Assembly: GCA_009777935.1 (NCBI GenBank)
Contig: WRKU01000006.1
Span: 7,249-71,248, forward strand
Reading direction: 5' to 3'
Length of the DNA stretch: 64,000 nt
Origin: Coriobacteriia bacterium
Lineage (GTDB): Bacteria; Actinomycetota; Coriobacteriia; WRKU01
In this document: positions 12,695 through 27,130 of the stretch, piece after piece
How the letters are laid out: every line of letters starts with the position of its first letter
Numbering within the stretch: position 1 is the stretch's first letter
Translations under genes and position numbers: made by a program
The notes under the pieces: model-generated
The model's input: only the letters and a program-made list of their open reading frames with translations
Database searches by the model: none
What the model was told of the DNA's origin: nothing

Positions 12695-13885
12695 ATGCTT
12701 GCATCGGAAATTATCGGTCTGTCCGTCACCACAATCGTCTTTACGGTCACGATTCTCATTTCGCTTCGGTATCCGCCGAAGCCACCGCGCGCTACCGAGC
12801 AGGCGCGTTTTCTGGTGCTGATGCCGGCGCGCAACGAGGAGGCCGTCATCGGCAACCTCATCGACTCGATTCGTGCGTGTGAGTACGACCAGTCTCGCAT
12901 CGACCTTCTGCTTGTCTCGAACCAATCGACCGACCGTACCGCTGAAATCGCTGCCGCTAAAGGTGCAGAGATCTATCAGTGTGTGACGAAGATATCGAGC
13001 AAAGGCGACGCGCTCAACGAATGCTATGAGCGCCATCTCGCCACATCAGATGCGCACGACCTCTTCTGTATCTGCGACTCGGATAATCTGCTCGACCCAC
13101 AGTTTTTTGCTGCCATGAACGACATGCACCAAGCCGGCCACGATATTGTACAGGGATACCGGCTCGTCAAGGACGGCGGCAATAGGTGGCTCAACATGTT
13201 CTACCAGCAGTTTTATCTGTTCGTGACGCGTTGTTCGCACCGTGCGGCCAATGCGCTCGGTGCTTCGACGCTGCTCTCGGGCTGTGGCTGCTTCATCTCA
13301 AGCAATCTACTCAAACGCATCGGTGGCTGGCACACGAAAACGCTCACCGAGGACCTTGAGCTCTCGATTCAGTCAATCTTACTGGGCGAGAAGGTCATGT
13401 TTTGCGAGGATGCCATCTTCTACGACGAGGCACCCCACTCGTGGCCGCAGGCATGGAGCCAACGTAAGCGTTGGACGATGGGGTCGTTGCAGTCGCTGCG
13501 CCTCTACGGTGCGCGGCTTGGCAAGCAGCTCTTCACGCAATTCAATATCTCCTGTGCCTTCGCGCTGGCGATGATTGGGGCGGGCGCACTTATGGTTATG
13601 GCCGTCTCGCTCGCTGCATTGCCGACGCTTTCGGCGATTATTCGCGTCGCGCTCGGCACCGACGTGTGGGGCAGTATCGCGCTGGCGCTGTTTCTCTGGG
13701 TCATACAGCTCATGATTGTACCGGCGCTGAGTGCGATGGTTATTCTTGTACTTGAGGGACAGAGCATCCGCAAGAGTATCGGTGGTATCGCCGCCTACGG
13801 CGTGTTCTTCATCAACTGGTTCTTCGTGAATATGAGCGCCATCGTTAACCCAAGCGTAAGCTGGGACGAGATACGACACGGCTAA
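12695..13885 (+). CDS. Family 2 processive-type glycosyltransferase
   Basis: PARNEE, DSD, TLTEDLE, QRKRW motifs; C-terminal TM helices. Confidence 0.92.
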   Translation: MLASEIIGLSVTTIVFTVTILISLRYPPKPPRATEQARFLVLMPARNEEAVIGNLIDSIRACEYDQSRIDLLLVSNQSTDRTAEIAAAKGAEIYQCVTKISSKGDALNECYERHLATSDAHDLFCICDSDNLLDPQFFAAMNDMHQAGHDIVQGYRLVKDGGNRWLNMFYQQFYLFVTRCSHRAANALGASTLLSGCGCFISSNLLKRIGGWHTKTLTEDLELSIQSILLGEKVMFCEDAIFYDEAPHSWPQAWSQRKRWTMGSLQSLRLYGARLGKQLFTQFNISCAFALAMIGAGALMVMAVSLAALPTLSAIIRVALGTDVWGSIALALFLWVIQLMIVPALSAMVILVLEGQSIRKSIGGIAAYGVFFINWFFVNMSAIVNPSVSWDEIRHG

Positions 13886-13889
13886 GTGT

Positions 13890-15380
13890 TTAGGTGTTTA
13901 GGTCGGTATTGATGGCGTGGGCAGCTTTCTTGCCGGCCCCCATAGCCAGGATGACCGTTGCGGCACCGGTGACGATGTCACCACCGGCGTAGATGCGTGG
14001 GTGCGAAGTGCGCCCGTCCTCATCGGTCACGACGTAGCCCCACTTGTTGAGCTCCACGCCGCTCGTCGCCTCGCGCGTCAACACGTTGGCGCCGGTACCG
14101 ACCGCCGTGATAATCGTATCGCACGGGATGACAAACGGCTCGCTGCCATCAGACTCAGGCCTGCGGCGGCCGCTCTCGTCGGGCTCACCGAGCTGCATAC
14201 TCTGCACCTCAAGGCCGGTGCACCAGCCCTGACTGCCGACGATACGCAGCGGCGCGCAGAGTTCACGCATCGCCACGCCCTCCTCACACGCATGGTGAAT
14301 CTCTTCGACGCGCGCGGGCATCTCCTCGACGGTGCGCCGGTAGACGATACTCACTCTCTCGGCACGCATACGCAGCGCACAGCGCGCGGCATCCATCGCA
14401 ACGTTGCCGCCGCCGATGACGACGACCTCACGCCCCTGCCATATCGGTGTATCATACGCAGGAAAACGATGCGCGTGCATGAGATTGATGCGCGTCAGAA
14501 ACTCGTTGGCGCTGTAGACGCCGTTGAAGTTCTCGCCCTCGATACCGAGGAAGGTCGGCAGGCCTGCGCCGGTACCGAAAAAGACCGCAGCAAACCCACC
14601 GGCGAGCAGCTCCTCAGCATCGGTGATACGCCCTACCAGCGCGTTGAGCTCGAACTTTACGCCGGCACGACGAAGAGAATCTATCTCATCTTCGAGGATA
14701 TCGTTGGGCAAACGGAAGGCCGGGATGCCGTAGGCGAGCACTCCGCCCAGCGCGTGCATTGCCTCAAAGACGGTCACGTCGTAGCCGAGTTGTGTGAGCT
14801 CGGCGGCGCAGGTCAGACCGGCCGGCCCTGAGCCCACCACGGCAACAGCGAGCACTGCTTCTGTGGAACGAGTGCTCGAGGCGTCGTGTAAGCAGGAGTG
14901 CAAGCCGATTTGGCGCGCAGCGACCTGTTCGTGGTCGTGAGCACGAATCGTTGCGCCGCACGACGAACTTAGACGGCGTCTCGTGTGCTCGTCGCGATCC
15001 CAGTCGGCGACGTAGCGTTCAAGACGACCGATAGCGACCGGCTCGCCTTTCCGGCCGAGCACGCACTGCGCCTCGCACTGCGTCTCCTGGGGACAGACGC
15101 GCCCGCACACCGCCGGCAGCGCGTTGCGCTCCTTGAGCGCGACGGATGCGGCGGGTAGGTCGCCCTCGGCAAGCGCCGCGATAAAGTCACGAATACGCAC
15201 TTCCACCGGACAGCCATTTTCGCACGGAGGCTTCTTACACTGCAGACACCGCTCGGCCTCGATGCGTGCCGTCTCGGCGCTGTAGCCGAGGGCGACCTCA
15301 TCGAAGGTGCGGGCGCGCTCCTGCGCGTCACGCTCGGGCATCGGCTGACGCGGGGCGCGTTCGGCAGCGTTCTTAGCCAT
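13890..15380 (-). CDS. nfnB: NfnB/SudA-like (GltD-family) NADPH-dependent oxidoreductase large subunit
   Basis: EAERCLQCKKPPC, CGRVCPQETQCE, GSGPAG, GGGNVAMD, GGDIVTGAATVILAMGAG; follows the NfnA-like gene. Confidence 0.88.
   Translation of the reverse strand: MAKNAAERAPRQPMPERDAQERARTFDEVALGYSAETARIEAERCLQCKKPPCENGCPVEVRIRDFIAALAEGDLPAASVALKERNALPAVCGRVCPQETQCEAQCVLGRKGEPVAIGRLERYVADWDRDEHTRRRLSSSCGATIRAHDHEQVAARQIGLHSCLHDASSTRSTEAVLAVAVVGSGPAGLTCAAELTQLGYDVTVFEAMHALGGVLAYGIPAFRLPNDILEDEIDSLRRAGVKFELNALVGRITDAEELLAGGFAAVFFGTGAGLPTFLGIEGENFNGVYSANEFLTRINLMHAHRFPAYDTPIWQGREVVVIGGGNVAMDAARCALRMRAERVSIVYRRTVEEMPARVEEIHHACEEGVAMRELCAPLRIVGSQGWCTGLEVQSMQLGEPDESGRRRPESDGSEPFVIPCDTIITAVGTGANVLTREATSGVELNKWGYVVTDEDGRTSHPRIYAGGDIVTGAATVILAMGAGKKAAHAINTDLNT
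14849..14991 (-). repeat. About 140-bp palindromic repeat element inserted in frame in nfnB
   Basis: Shared motifs with the 9108-9158 and 39129-39153 copies; internal hairpins CGAGCACT..AGTGCTCG and TTCGTG..CACGAA; translates to a non-conserved insert. Confidence 0.7.
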
Positions 15381-16257
15381 GGCAGCCACATCCTCGCTCG
15401 TACTCGGTAGCTGCGATCTGTTCGTAGTCGAGGTAGACGCGCTGGCGCGTGGCAAGCTCTTCCCAATCGACAAGATGTGCATCGAAGTCGGGGCCGTCAA
15501 CGCAGCCAAACTTCGTCACTCCGCCTACCTGGATCCGACAGGCACCACACATGCCGGTGCCGTCGATCATAATCGGGTTGAGCGACGCGAGCGTTGGCAG
15601 CGTTGTCCCGCACTCGGCGGTCGTCGCCGCAGCAAAGCGCATCATAATCGCCGGCCCCACCACAAAGGCACGGTCAACGGCACCGGCCTCACACAGTTCG
15701 CGCAGGGGCTCGGTCACCAGCCCCGTGCGCCCTGCAGAGCCGTCGTCGGTTACAACAATCAACTCTTCGAGGTCGAGCGCGGCGAGCTCACGTTGCAAAA
15801 TGAGCAGCTCAGAGGTACGTGCGCCAACGATAACGGTCACGCGCGTCCCGGCCTCCACAGCAGCGCGCGCGACGGGATAGGCTACGGCCGTGCCGACGCC
15901 TCCCCCGACGACGACGAGCCGGTCGCCCTCCGCAATCGATGTGTCGGCGCCCCACGGCTTCCCCACCGCCACCGGCGTCGGGTGCCCGAGCGGCCCGGCG
16001 ATATCCTGCACGCTTTCGCCGGCCGTCATATGCGAAAGAAGGTGGGTCGTCTTGCCCACGCGCATAAAGATGAAGCGTATCCAGCCCTCGTCTGCCGACC
16101 AGTCACTAAACGTAAACGGCACACGCTCGCCGTGTTCGCAGGCACGCACGATGAAGAACTGGCCCGCATGCGCTTTGCGCGCCACGGCCGGTGCCTCAAC
16201 GGTCATCTCAAAGATGCCGCTGGCCAACGCCTTATTTTCGAGAATGCGATAGCTCAT
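15373..16257 (-). CDS. nfnA: NfnA/SudB ferredoxin-NADP reductase-like small subunit
   Basis: GERVPFT, GPLG, GGGVG, MIDGTGMCGACR...CVDGPDF 2Fe-2S motif. Confidence 0.9.
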   Translation of the reverse strand: MSYRILENKALASGIFEMTVEAPAVARKAHAGQFFIVRACEHGERVPFTFSDWSADEGWIRFIFMRVGKTTHLLSHMTAGESVQDIAGPLGHPTPVAVGKPWGADTSIAEGDRLVVVGGGVGTAVAYPVARAAVEAGTRVTVIVGARTSELLILQRELAALDLEELIVVTDDGSAGRTGLVTEPLRELCEAGAVDRAFVVGPAIMMRFAAATTAECGTTLPTLASLNPIMIDGTGMCGACRIQVGGVTKFGCVDGPDFDAHLVDWEELATRQRVYLDYEQIAATEYERGCGCHG

Positions 16258-17223
16258 TTACAGCTGGAAGTCAGGGTCAAAGAGTTCCGAGACGCTTCCT
16301 AGCTCGTGCACGTTCTTAATCGCTCGCGCAAACATCGGAGCGACCGAGAGCACCTTGATGTTATTCGCCTCAGCACGTTTCGAGTCGACCGCAATCGTGT
16401 TCGTTACGACGCACTCGACGATGGGAGCGGCACCGAGGCGCTCGAACGCCGGGTCGCTCAAGATGCCGTGTGTTGCACCGAGATAGACGGCCTTCGCACC
16501 CTTCTTCATCAGCGCCTCGGCGCCGTTGCAGATGGTGCCACCGGTATCGATCATGTCATCGACGACAACACATGTCTTACCCTCGACCTTACCGATGACG
16601 TGCGATATCTCGGCCTCGTTATGCTCAGGACGTACCTTGTGCATGATGGCGAGGTGGCAGCCCAGTAGCTCAGAGAGCTTCTTGCTCGCCTTTGCGCGGC
16701 CAACATCAGGGCTTACCACAATCATGTCTTCAATCACGCCGTCGCGCTGGAGACCCTTGAAGTAGTCAGCGAGCACGCCAAGCGCCGTCAGATGGTTGAC
16801 GGGCAGGTCGAAAAAGCCTTGGATAGAGCCGGTATGCAGGTCCATCGTCATGATGGCATCGGCGCCGGCTGCCGTTAAAAGATCAGCAACAAGGCGCGCC
16901 GTTATCGGCTCACGCGAGGCGCTCTTTTTATCCTGGCGAGCATAGGCATAGTGAGGGATAACGCAGACGATGCGTGCTGCACTGGCACGTTTGGCTGCGT
17001 CAATCATAATGAGCAGCTCCATCAGCGCCTCGTTGACCGGTGCCGAAAGAGACTGCACCAGAAAGACATCGGCACCACGCACGCTCTCAAGGTAACGTAC
17101 GTAAATCTCGCCGTTCGCAAACGGATGGATGTTAATCTTGCTTAGCTCTATGTCCAGCTCGTCGGCGATCTCCGAGGCAATCCACGGATTCGTCGTACCC
17201 GAAAACAGCATCAGCCGCCGCAT
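16258..17223 (-). CDS. prs: Ribose-phosphate pyrophosphokinase
   Basis: FANGE, YARQDKK, DLHTGSIQGFF, VDDMIDTGGT. Confidence 0.98.
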   Translation of the reverse strand: MRRLMLFSGTTNPWIASEIADELDIELSKINIHPFANGEIYVRYLESVRGADVFLVQSLSAPVNEALMELLIMIDAAKRASAARIVCVIPHYAYARQDKKSASREPITARLVADLLTAAGADAIMTMDLHTGSIQGFFDLPVNHLTALGVLADYFKGLQRDGVIEDMIVVSPDVGRAKASKKLSELLGCHLAIMHKVRPEHNEAEISHVIGKVEGKTCVVVDDMIDTGGTICNGAEALMKKGAKAVYLGATHGILSDPAFERLGAAPIVECVVTNTIAVDSKRAEANNIKVLSVAPMFARAIKNVHELGSVSELFDPDFQL

Positions 17224-18626
17224 TAGACATCCCCACCTGACATTTCGCGTAAGAATTTTGCCATACCCTCTTCATTGCGTTGATCTGAACGTTCAAGTGC
17301 CATCGCATCGGCTGGCACATCGCGCGAGATGACGCTGCCGGCGCCAACGATCGCGCCGTCACCGATTGCAACTGGCGCCACCAGCATGACATCGGACCCG
17401 ACGAACGCGTTATCTCCCACCTCGGTACGCGACTTCTTAAAGCCATCGTAGTTGCAGGTAATCACGCCGGCGCCAATATTCGTGCTCTTGCCAATCGTCG
17501 CATCGCCGATGTACGACAGATGGGGCACCTTCGCTCCGGCCTTGAGGTGTGCGTTCTTGAGCTCGCAGCTCGTCCCAACCTTCGCACCTGTCTCAAGCTT
17601 GCAGCCGGGACGCAGATACGACCGTGGCCCTATCGAGCAGAAGTCACCGACCTCGCTCTCCAGCACAATCGACGAGTCGATGGTGACCTGTTCGCCCACG
17701 GTCGAGTCAACGACACGCGAGTCAGGGCCAATCGTCGAACCTTTACCGATGCGAGTATGCCCACGCAGATAGGTGTTCGGCCAAATTTCGACGTCAGAAT
17801 CGATCGTCACATGCGGGCCAATCCACGTCGTCTTCGGCGAGATAAGCGTCACGCCCTCGGCCATCCAACGGCGCGTAATGCGTTTATGGAGCGCGGCTGA
17901 GACACCGGCAAGCTGCGCGCGATCGTTGACACCCTTCGTCTCGTCGGTATCCTTTACGCGCATGGCACGCACGGTCAGGCCATCGTCACAGCATACTTTG
18001 ACGATATCGGTCAGGTAGTACTCGCCCTTAGCATTATCGTTCGAAATGCGCCGTAGCCGCTCAAAAAGACCGTCGAGCGCGAACGCGTACGTCCCCGTGT
18101 TCGTCTCACAGATCTTAAGCTCCTCAGGCGTCGCGTCTTTGTCTTCGACGATTCCGACGACATGGTCATCGGTATCGCGCATAATGCGCCCATAGCCGGC
18201 CGGCTTCTTAAACTTCGCCGTCAGCACGCTCATCGCCGCATTGCTGCTCACGCAATCATCGACGAGCGTGCGAATCGTCTCAGGCCGAATAAGCGGCACA
18301 TCGCCGGCGAGCACAACGAGCGTACCTTTCCGCTCTTCCTCGGTCAGCATGCCTTCGATGAGCTGCACGGCGTTTGCCGTGCCACAGCGATCGGCCTGAT
18401 AGACCGTCTCAACGTATTCGGCACAGCAGCATTTGTTGAGGCAGTCACACACGAGTTCGCTCTGATGTCCGGTTACCACAATAACGCGACCGGCACCGGC
18501 ATTACGCGCTGCCTCAACGACAAGGTTGACCATCGGCACACCCATCACTTCATGGGTAACCTTTGGCTTCTCGCTCTTCATTCTGGTGCCGTTGCCAGCG
18601 GCAAGCACCAGGGCCGTAATCGACAT
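17223..18626 (-). CDS. glmU: Bifunctional UDP-GlcNAc pyrophosphorylase/glucosamine-1-P acetyltransferase
   Basis: LAAGNGTRMKS, GEYYLTD, hexapeptide repeats, HLSYIGDA, CNYDG. Confidence 0.98.
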   Translation of the reverse strand: MSITALVLAAGNGTRMKSEKPKVTHEVMGVPMVNLVVEAARNAGAGRVIVVTGHQSELVCDCLNKCCCAEYVETVYQADRCGTANAVQLIEGMLTEEERKGTLVVLAGDVPLIRPETIRTLVDDCVSSNAAMSVLTAKFKKPAGYGRIMRDTDDHVVGIVEDKDATPEELKICETNTGTYAFALDGLFERLRRISNDNAKGEYYLTDIVKVCCDDGLTVRAMRVKDTDETKGVNDRAQLAGVSAALHKRITRRWMAEGVTLISPKTTWIGPHVTIDSDVEIWPNTYLRGHTRIGKGSTIGPDSRVVDSTVGEQVTIDSSIVLESEVGDFCSIGPRSYLRPGCKLETGAKVGTSCELKNAHLKAGAKVPHLSYIGDATIGKSTNIGAGVITCNYDGFKKSRTEVGDNAFVGSDVMLVAPVAIGDGAIVGAGSVISRDVPADAMALERSDQRNEEGMAKFLREMSGGDV

Positions 18627-18973
18627 TACTTCTTATCGTCTTTCTTCTCAGCGGCAGCTTTCGCCTGCTCTTTCTTGAGAGCCTCGGCCTTGCTGGCAGC
18701 GACGTGATCGCGCACCTTATCCCTGCGTTCTTGCTTCTGTTTCTCGAGATCTTGTCTCACCGTAGCGATCTCTTCCTTGTGGTCGTAGACCCAAATCGCA
18801 GGATTCTGCAGATAAAGTACCTTACGAGCAACGCTCGCATACTTCGTCCACGCACAGACCGCTACAACAGCCGCGCCCGCGATAATGAGGTAGAACGCCA
18901 GCTGCGCGAAAAACTGAATTACATTCGCATAGGTGTACAGCCATGTCATAAACGCACTCTGTTCTGGCATCAT
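18626..18973 (-). CDS. Hypothetical protein (N-terminal TM, charged coiled-coil tail)
   Basis: ORF coupled to glmU start (TAATG overlap). Confidence 0.7.
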   Translation of the reverse strand: MMPEQSAFMTWLYTYANVIQFFAQLAFYLIIAGAAVVAVCAWTKYASVARKVLYLQNPAIWVYDHKEEIATVRQDLEKQKQERRDKVRDHVAASKAEALKKEQAKAAAEKKDDKK

Positions 18974-19147
18974 AGTAGTTCCCTTCCAATCGGTCCTCGC
19001 TGATAAGTCTTTGTCTTCAGTTCAGCCCTGCAACAGTTGCATGCAAGGTTCAACGCATATTATACACGCTTTTTGTGATACTATGCTCACGTGTTTGCGA
19101 AGACGAAAAATGAGCAACGGCGCATAGAGCCGTAAGGGGGCCGCACT

Positions 19148-20293
19148 ATGGATATGCCAAATCGTCCCGGTGTCTTCACCGATATCCCACGCTGGATTGT
19201 GAAGAGCGGTATGACCTCCATTCTGCTCATCGCCATCGCTGCAGCCGCATCGGGTGCGCTATGGCTCTTTAACTTCACGGCATCGATTTCAATGCCGCTT
19301 GTCATCGCGTTCGTTATCGGTATCGTTGTCTATCCGCTCGTACGCATCGGTGACCGTCTGCGCTTGCCGCGTCAGCTCTCAAGTATCCTCGTCATTTTGT
19401 TCGTAGGACTCATATTCTTCGCCGCCATCCAGCTGACGATTATGGGAATTATTAACGAAGCGGGTGCCATCGGTGCTCAGCTCGCACAGAGTGTCAGCGA
19501 TATTGGCGCCTGGATAGGCAACACGCTGCAGTCGTTCGGGATGTCCGATGAAGCCATCAGCAGCCTTACGTACTCCATTACGAACACGATACGCGACTTT
19601 ACCCTTGGTGATATCGCAGGACAGGCCGCCGGAAACGCCTCGAGCATCGGACAGTCGCTGGTGAGCGGTATCGGATCGGTTACCGGTGCGCTGGGCGGTA
19701 TCGCAAGCTTCATCTTGAGTCTTTTTATCGGTACCATGCTGTTGTATTACCTGCTCAGCGACTATGAGCGTGTCGAGGCATGGATTGGCTCGCATCTGCA
19801 TATGGACCCGAAAATCGGTGTCGGTATCGTCGAAGATGCGACGCACGCCATGCGCGCCTATTTTACCGGCATGACGATTAACGGCGCTATTACTTCAGTT
19901 GCTACGGGTATTGTCCTGCTTATCTTTCAGGTACCGCTCGTCATCCCCATCGTATTGGTGACGTTCGTTACCAACTACATTCCGTTCTTCGGCGCACTGC
20001 TGGCAGTGGTTTTTGCCGTGTTGATTGCATTTGGGACGAAGGGATTTATGGTAGCACTTCTCGTGCTTGCGGGACTCCTGCTTATACAGAACCTCATCCA
20101 GCCGATTGTACTCGCACGTGTGTTGGGCACGAAGCTCAACATCCATCCCATCGTCGTGCTGGCACTGACGATTCTCGGATGGGTGCTCGGTGGGCTGCTG
20201 GGCACGACGCTTGCTCCACCGCTGGCCGGCATGGTCCTTAAGGTGAGGCGTCGCCTCAAAGCCTCGAATGTGCCTACAGAAGACAGCGCTTAA
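19148..20293 (+). CDS. AI-2E family transporter
   Basis: Polytopic membrane protein with NYIPFFG, QNLIQPIV, IHPIVV motifs. Confidence 0.9.
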   Translation: MDMPNRPGVFTDIPRWIVKSGMTSILLIAIAAAASGALWLFNFTASISMPLVIAFVIGIVVYPLVRIGDRLRLPRQLSSILVILFVGLIFFAAIQLTIMGIINEAGAIGAQLAQSVSDIGAWIGNTLQSFGMSDEAISSLTYSITNTIRDFTLGDIAGQAAGNASSIGQSLVSGIGSVTGALGGIASFILSLFIGTMLLYYLLSDYERVEAWIGSHLHMDPKIGVGIVEDATHAMRAYFTGMTINGAITSVATGIVLLIFQVPLVIPIVLVTFVTNYIPFFGALLAVVFAVLIAFGTKGFMVALLVLAGLLLIQNLIQPIVLARVLGTKLNIHPIVVLALTILGWVLGGLLGTTLAPPLAGMVLKVRRRLKASNVPTEDSA

Positions 20294-20375
20294 AAGGTAC
20301 CTAACAACGCCTAAAAACGAGGGCAGGGGCCCCTATTGAGACCCCTACTTTTTGCACCACTAACAATACCATATG

Positions 20376-20813
20376 TTACTGTGGCTTGCAATGCCTTTTT
20401 GCCACACACAGCGTACTCTCCAACCAGTCGATTTCGCGCTCGACGGTCGCCTTATCCTCGGCGTCATCTTCGGGCACATCGGCAAGGCGCGCTTTCGCAT
20501 TCTCAAGGCGCGCTTCAATCGTTGCGACATCCATGGACCTCATGTCCATCGCGAGATCGGCCAGAACCAGCAGATGATCCTCGGCGATTGAGAGATACCC
20601 GCCATAGACGCTGAAAACCTCTGTGTCGGCCGGGTCATCGCCGTGTTTCAGGCGTAGCTCGCCCGGGGCAAGCTCTGCCACCATCGGCGCATGCAACGGC
20701 ATGATACCCAGCTCGCCGAGTTTTGTGGTGGCGATTACCATCGTGGCCTCGCCTTTGTACAGGTTCGCCTCCGGTGAGACGACCTCAACGAGAAGAGTGC
20801 GCTCCATAGCCAT
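20376..20813 (-). CDS. atpC: F1Fo ATP synthase epsilon
   Basis: VEVVSPE, GELGIMPLHAP, GGYL. Confidence 0.95.
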   Translation of the reverse strand: MAMERTLLVEVVSPEANLYKGEATMVIATTKLGELGIMPLHAPMVAELAPGELRLKHGDDPADTEVFSVYGGYLSIAEDHLLVLADLAMDMRSMDVATIEARLENAKARLADVPEDDAEDKATVEREIDWLESTLCVAKRHCKPQ

Positions 20814-20824
20814 CAGAGCCTCCC

Positions 20825-23145
<2,321 letters not shown>

Positions 23146-23153
23146 ATCCGCCC

Positions 23154-25003
<1,850 letters not shown>

Positions 25004-25007
<4 letters not shown>

Positions 25008-25600
25008 CCGCCAATCTTAGCAAGTTCCTCGGCACGCGCTTGGTCCTCAGCACCAAGCTTTTCGCCCAGAATCTTTGAAGCGATCGAAACGGCAAGGCTT
25101 GCCGTCTGCTTCTGGAGCGCGGCCGCAACGGCCTTCTCCTTCGCATCGGCATCGGCCTGTGCCTTCGAGGTAATAGCCGCAGCCTCGGCCTGAGCACGAG
25201 CAACGATCTCGTCTCGGGCAGTGTCGCCGGCCTTACGGCCTTCCTCGACCAGCACGGCGGCCTCTCGGCGGCCCTCATCAAGCTTCGCTTCATACTGAGC
25301 AAGAATCTCTTCGGCCTCAATCTTAGCCTCTTCAGCGCTCTTGAGCGATCCTTCGATCTTCTCTTCGCGCTCGTCGAGGGCCTTCATGATAGGCGGCCAC
25401 ACGAACTTGCCCAAAACAAATACGAGTACCCCGACGGCCAAAATCATCGGGATGAAGTCTCCCAATTTCGGCATAATCGGACTCGTGAGAACCGTATCAA
25501 GCGCTGAAGCCGGTTCGTCGGAGCCATAGCTATCGGCTGCAAACGCCAACGCGGGCGTCATCAGCGCAGCGACAAACGGTAGCGCAAAACGAATCTTCAT
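25004..25600 (-). CDS. atpF: F1Fo ATP synthase subunit b
   Basis: [15 protein letters not shown] followed by coiled coil; signal-like N-terminal segment. Confidence 0.93.
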
Positions 25601-25630
25601 ACTACTTCCTCCTCCCAATCGAAGTGTTCC

Positions 25631-25828
25631 TTATCCTCCGATTAGACCAAGGACGAAGGCGAGCAGACACAGCGCCTCAATAAACGCAGCGCCCAGAATG
25701 AATACGGTCTGAATCGTCGCCGCAACTTCCGGCTGGCGAGCGATGTTGGTGGTAGCAAATATGCCCAAAGCCGAAATGCCGGTTGCGGCAAATCCAACGG
25801 CAATCGCATAGCTAAGCAGAGTCGTCAT
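25631..25828 (-). CDS. atpE: F1Fo ATP synthase subunit c
   Basis: ARQPE loop, FIEAL ion-binding Glu. Confidence 0.95.
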   Translation of the reverse strand: MTTLLSYAIAVGFAATGISALGIFATTNIARQPEVAATIQTVFILGAAFIEALCLLAFVLGLIGG

Positions 25829-25879
25829 CGTTGAAAAACCTTTCTCTTTCGTCGTACTTTCTTAATTACCTGTCATGTG

Positions 25880-26695
25880 CTAGTGGTCACTCGTCGCGCC
25901 ATCGATGTACACCGCAGTGAGCATCGTAAACACGTACGCCTGTATCGCCAACACGAGAAACTCAAGTACGTAAATCGCAATGAGCAATACAAACCACAGC
26001 GGTACCGTCAATCCCCAGACATATGCACCTTGGAATATACCGGTTACGAACAGCGAGGTCAGTAACGCGAAAATCCCCAAGAGGATATGTCCTGCGTATA
26101 CGGCTGCAAACAAACGCAGCGCCTGAGTAATGGGGCGTAAGCAAAACGACACAACTTCGATGATGAAGATAATCGGTGCAACAAAGACGGGAACTCCGTG
26201 TGGAACGATGCCTTTGAAATACGCCAATCCTCCTTTTGCCTTGATGCCGGCGTAGTTAAAGTAAATAAATACGGTAACCGACATCGCAAGCGTACCGGAG
26301 ATTACACCGTTCGGTGCCTTTGCACTAGGAAAGACGCCGACATAGTTATTGACAAGCAGCAGGAAAAATATCGTGGAGATAAACGGGAGATGCTGGCGTG
26401 CGTTATGGCTAATGATGGTCTCAACGACGCCCTTGCGGATAAACTCCCAGAGAAAATCCATCGCGTTCACAAACCTGCCGCGCGGAACAATACTGGCACG
26501 TTTCTTCCAAGCAAACATAACAAGCAAGAATATCGTGACCGAAATTATCCACCAAAACAGATGGCCGGTGATAGTGAATTCCAGCGGTGTCGTCCAATCT
26601 GCAGAGTAGGGACCAAAGATACTTACCGGACCCTGCACGTGCAGAAGTTTCGAAATCTCATACGCAAAATTACTCAGCGGATCATATGCTTCCAT
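25880..26695 (-). CDS. atpB: F1Fo ATP synthase subunit a
   Basis: LRPITQALRLFA (conserved Arg), IQAYVFTMLTAVYI. Confidence 0.95.
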   Translation of the reverse strand: MEAYDPLSNFAYEISKLLHVQGPVSIFGPYSADWTTPLEFTITGHLFWWIISVTIFLLVMFAWKKRASIVPRGRFVNAMDFLWEFIRKGVVETIISHNARQHLPFISTIFFLLLVNNYVGVFPSAKAPNGVISGTLAMSVTVFIYFNYAGIKAKGGLAYFKGIVPHGVPVFVAPIIFIIEVVSFCLRPITQALRLFAAVYAGHILLGIFALLTSLFVTGIFQGAYVWGLTVPLWFVLLIAIYVLEFLVLAIQAYVFTMLTAVYIDGATSDH

Positions 26696-26706
26696 TCAAC
26701 CCTCCT

Positions 26707-27006
26707 TTACTTTTTCCCTAAGTTACGTTTCAACGTGCGTACATTCTGCAAGAAGTACACCATGAGGCCTACGATGTAAGCGACACACAGCGATACTCCA
26801 AACCAGACAAAGGAGGGGTTGAACAGCCACCAATAGAGCATAAGGGCGACGACAGAAAACATCATGCTTACGAGGATGCCAATGTAGCTATACGCCATAC
26901 GTTTATGAGGGGTATCTGCTTGGGGAAGTCGAGGAATGAAAACGTTGCACGCGACGGCAATGAGTCCGGCAATAATCCCTGCTATGGTCGCTAGTAGCGG
27001 TACCAC
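26707..27006 (-). CDS. Small membrane protein heading the atp operon (AtpI-like by position)
   Basis: Three hydrophobic helices; first gene of the atp operon. Confidence 0.65.
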   Translation of the reverse strand: MVPLLATIAGIIAGLIAVACNVFIPRLPQADTPHKRMAYSYIGILVSMMFSVVALMLYWWLFNPSFVWFGVSLCVAYIVGLMVYFLQNVRTLKRNLGKK

Positions 27007-27130
27007 CTGCGCCCCTCAATGAAAAGATACGAACGGTCTTATGCGCAGGCTACGAAGGGTCGACGGGTACGCATGCAACGATAGTACCACAAGTTAGGGT
27101 CTGTGCAAGCGGAAAAGCAAAGATTGTCGT

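Noticed and set aside
13890-15380. Glutamate synthase small subunit gltD
   Set aside because: No gltB nearby; pairing with an NfnA/SudB-like gene indicates an NfnAB-type transhydrogenase
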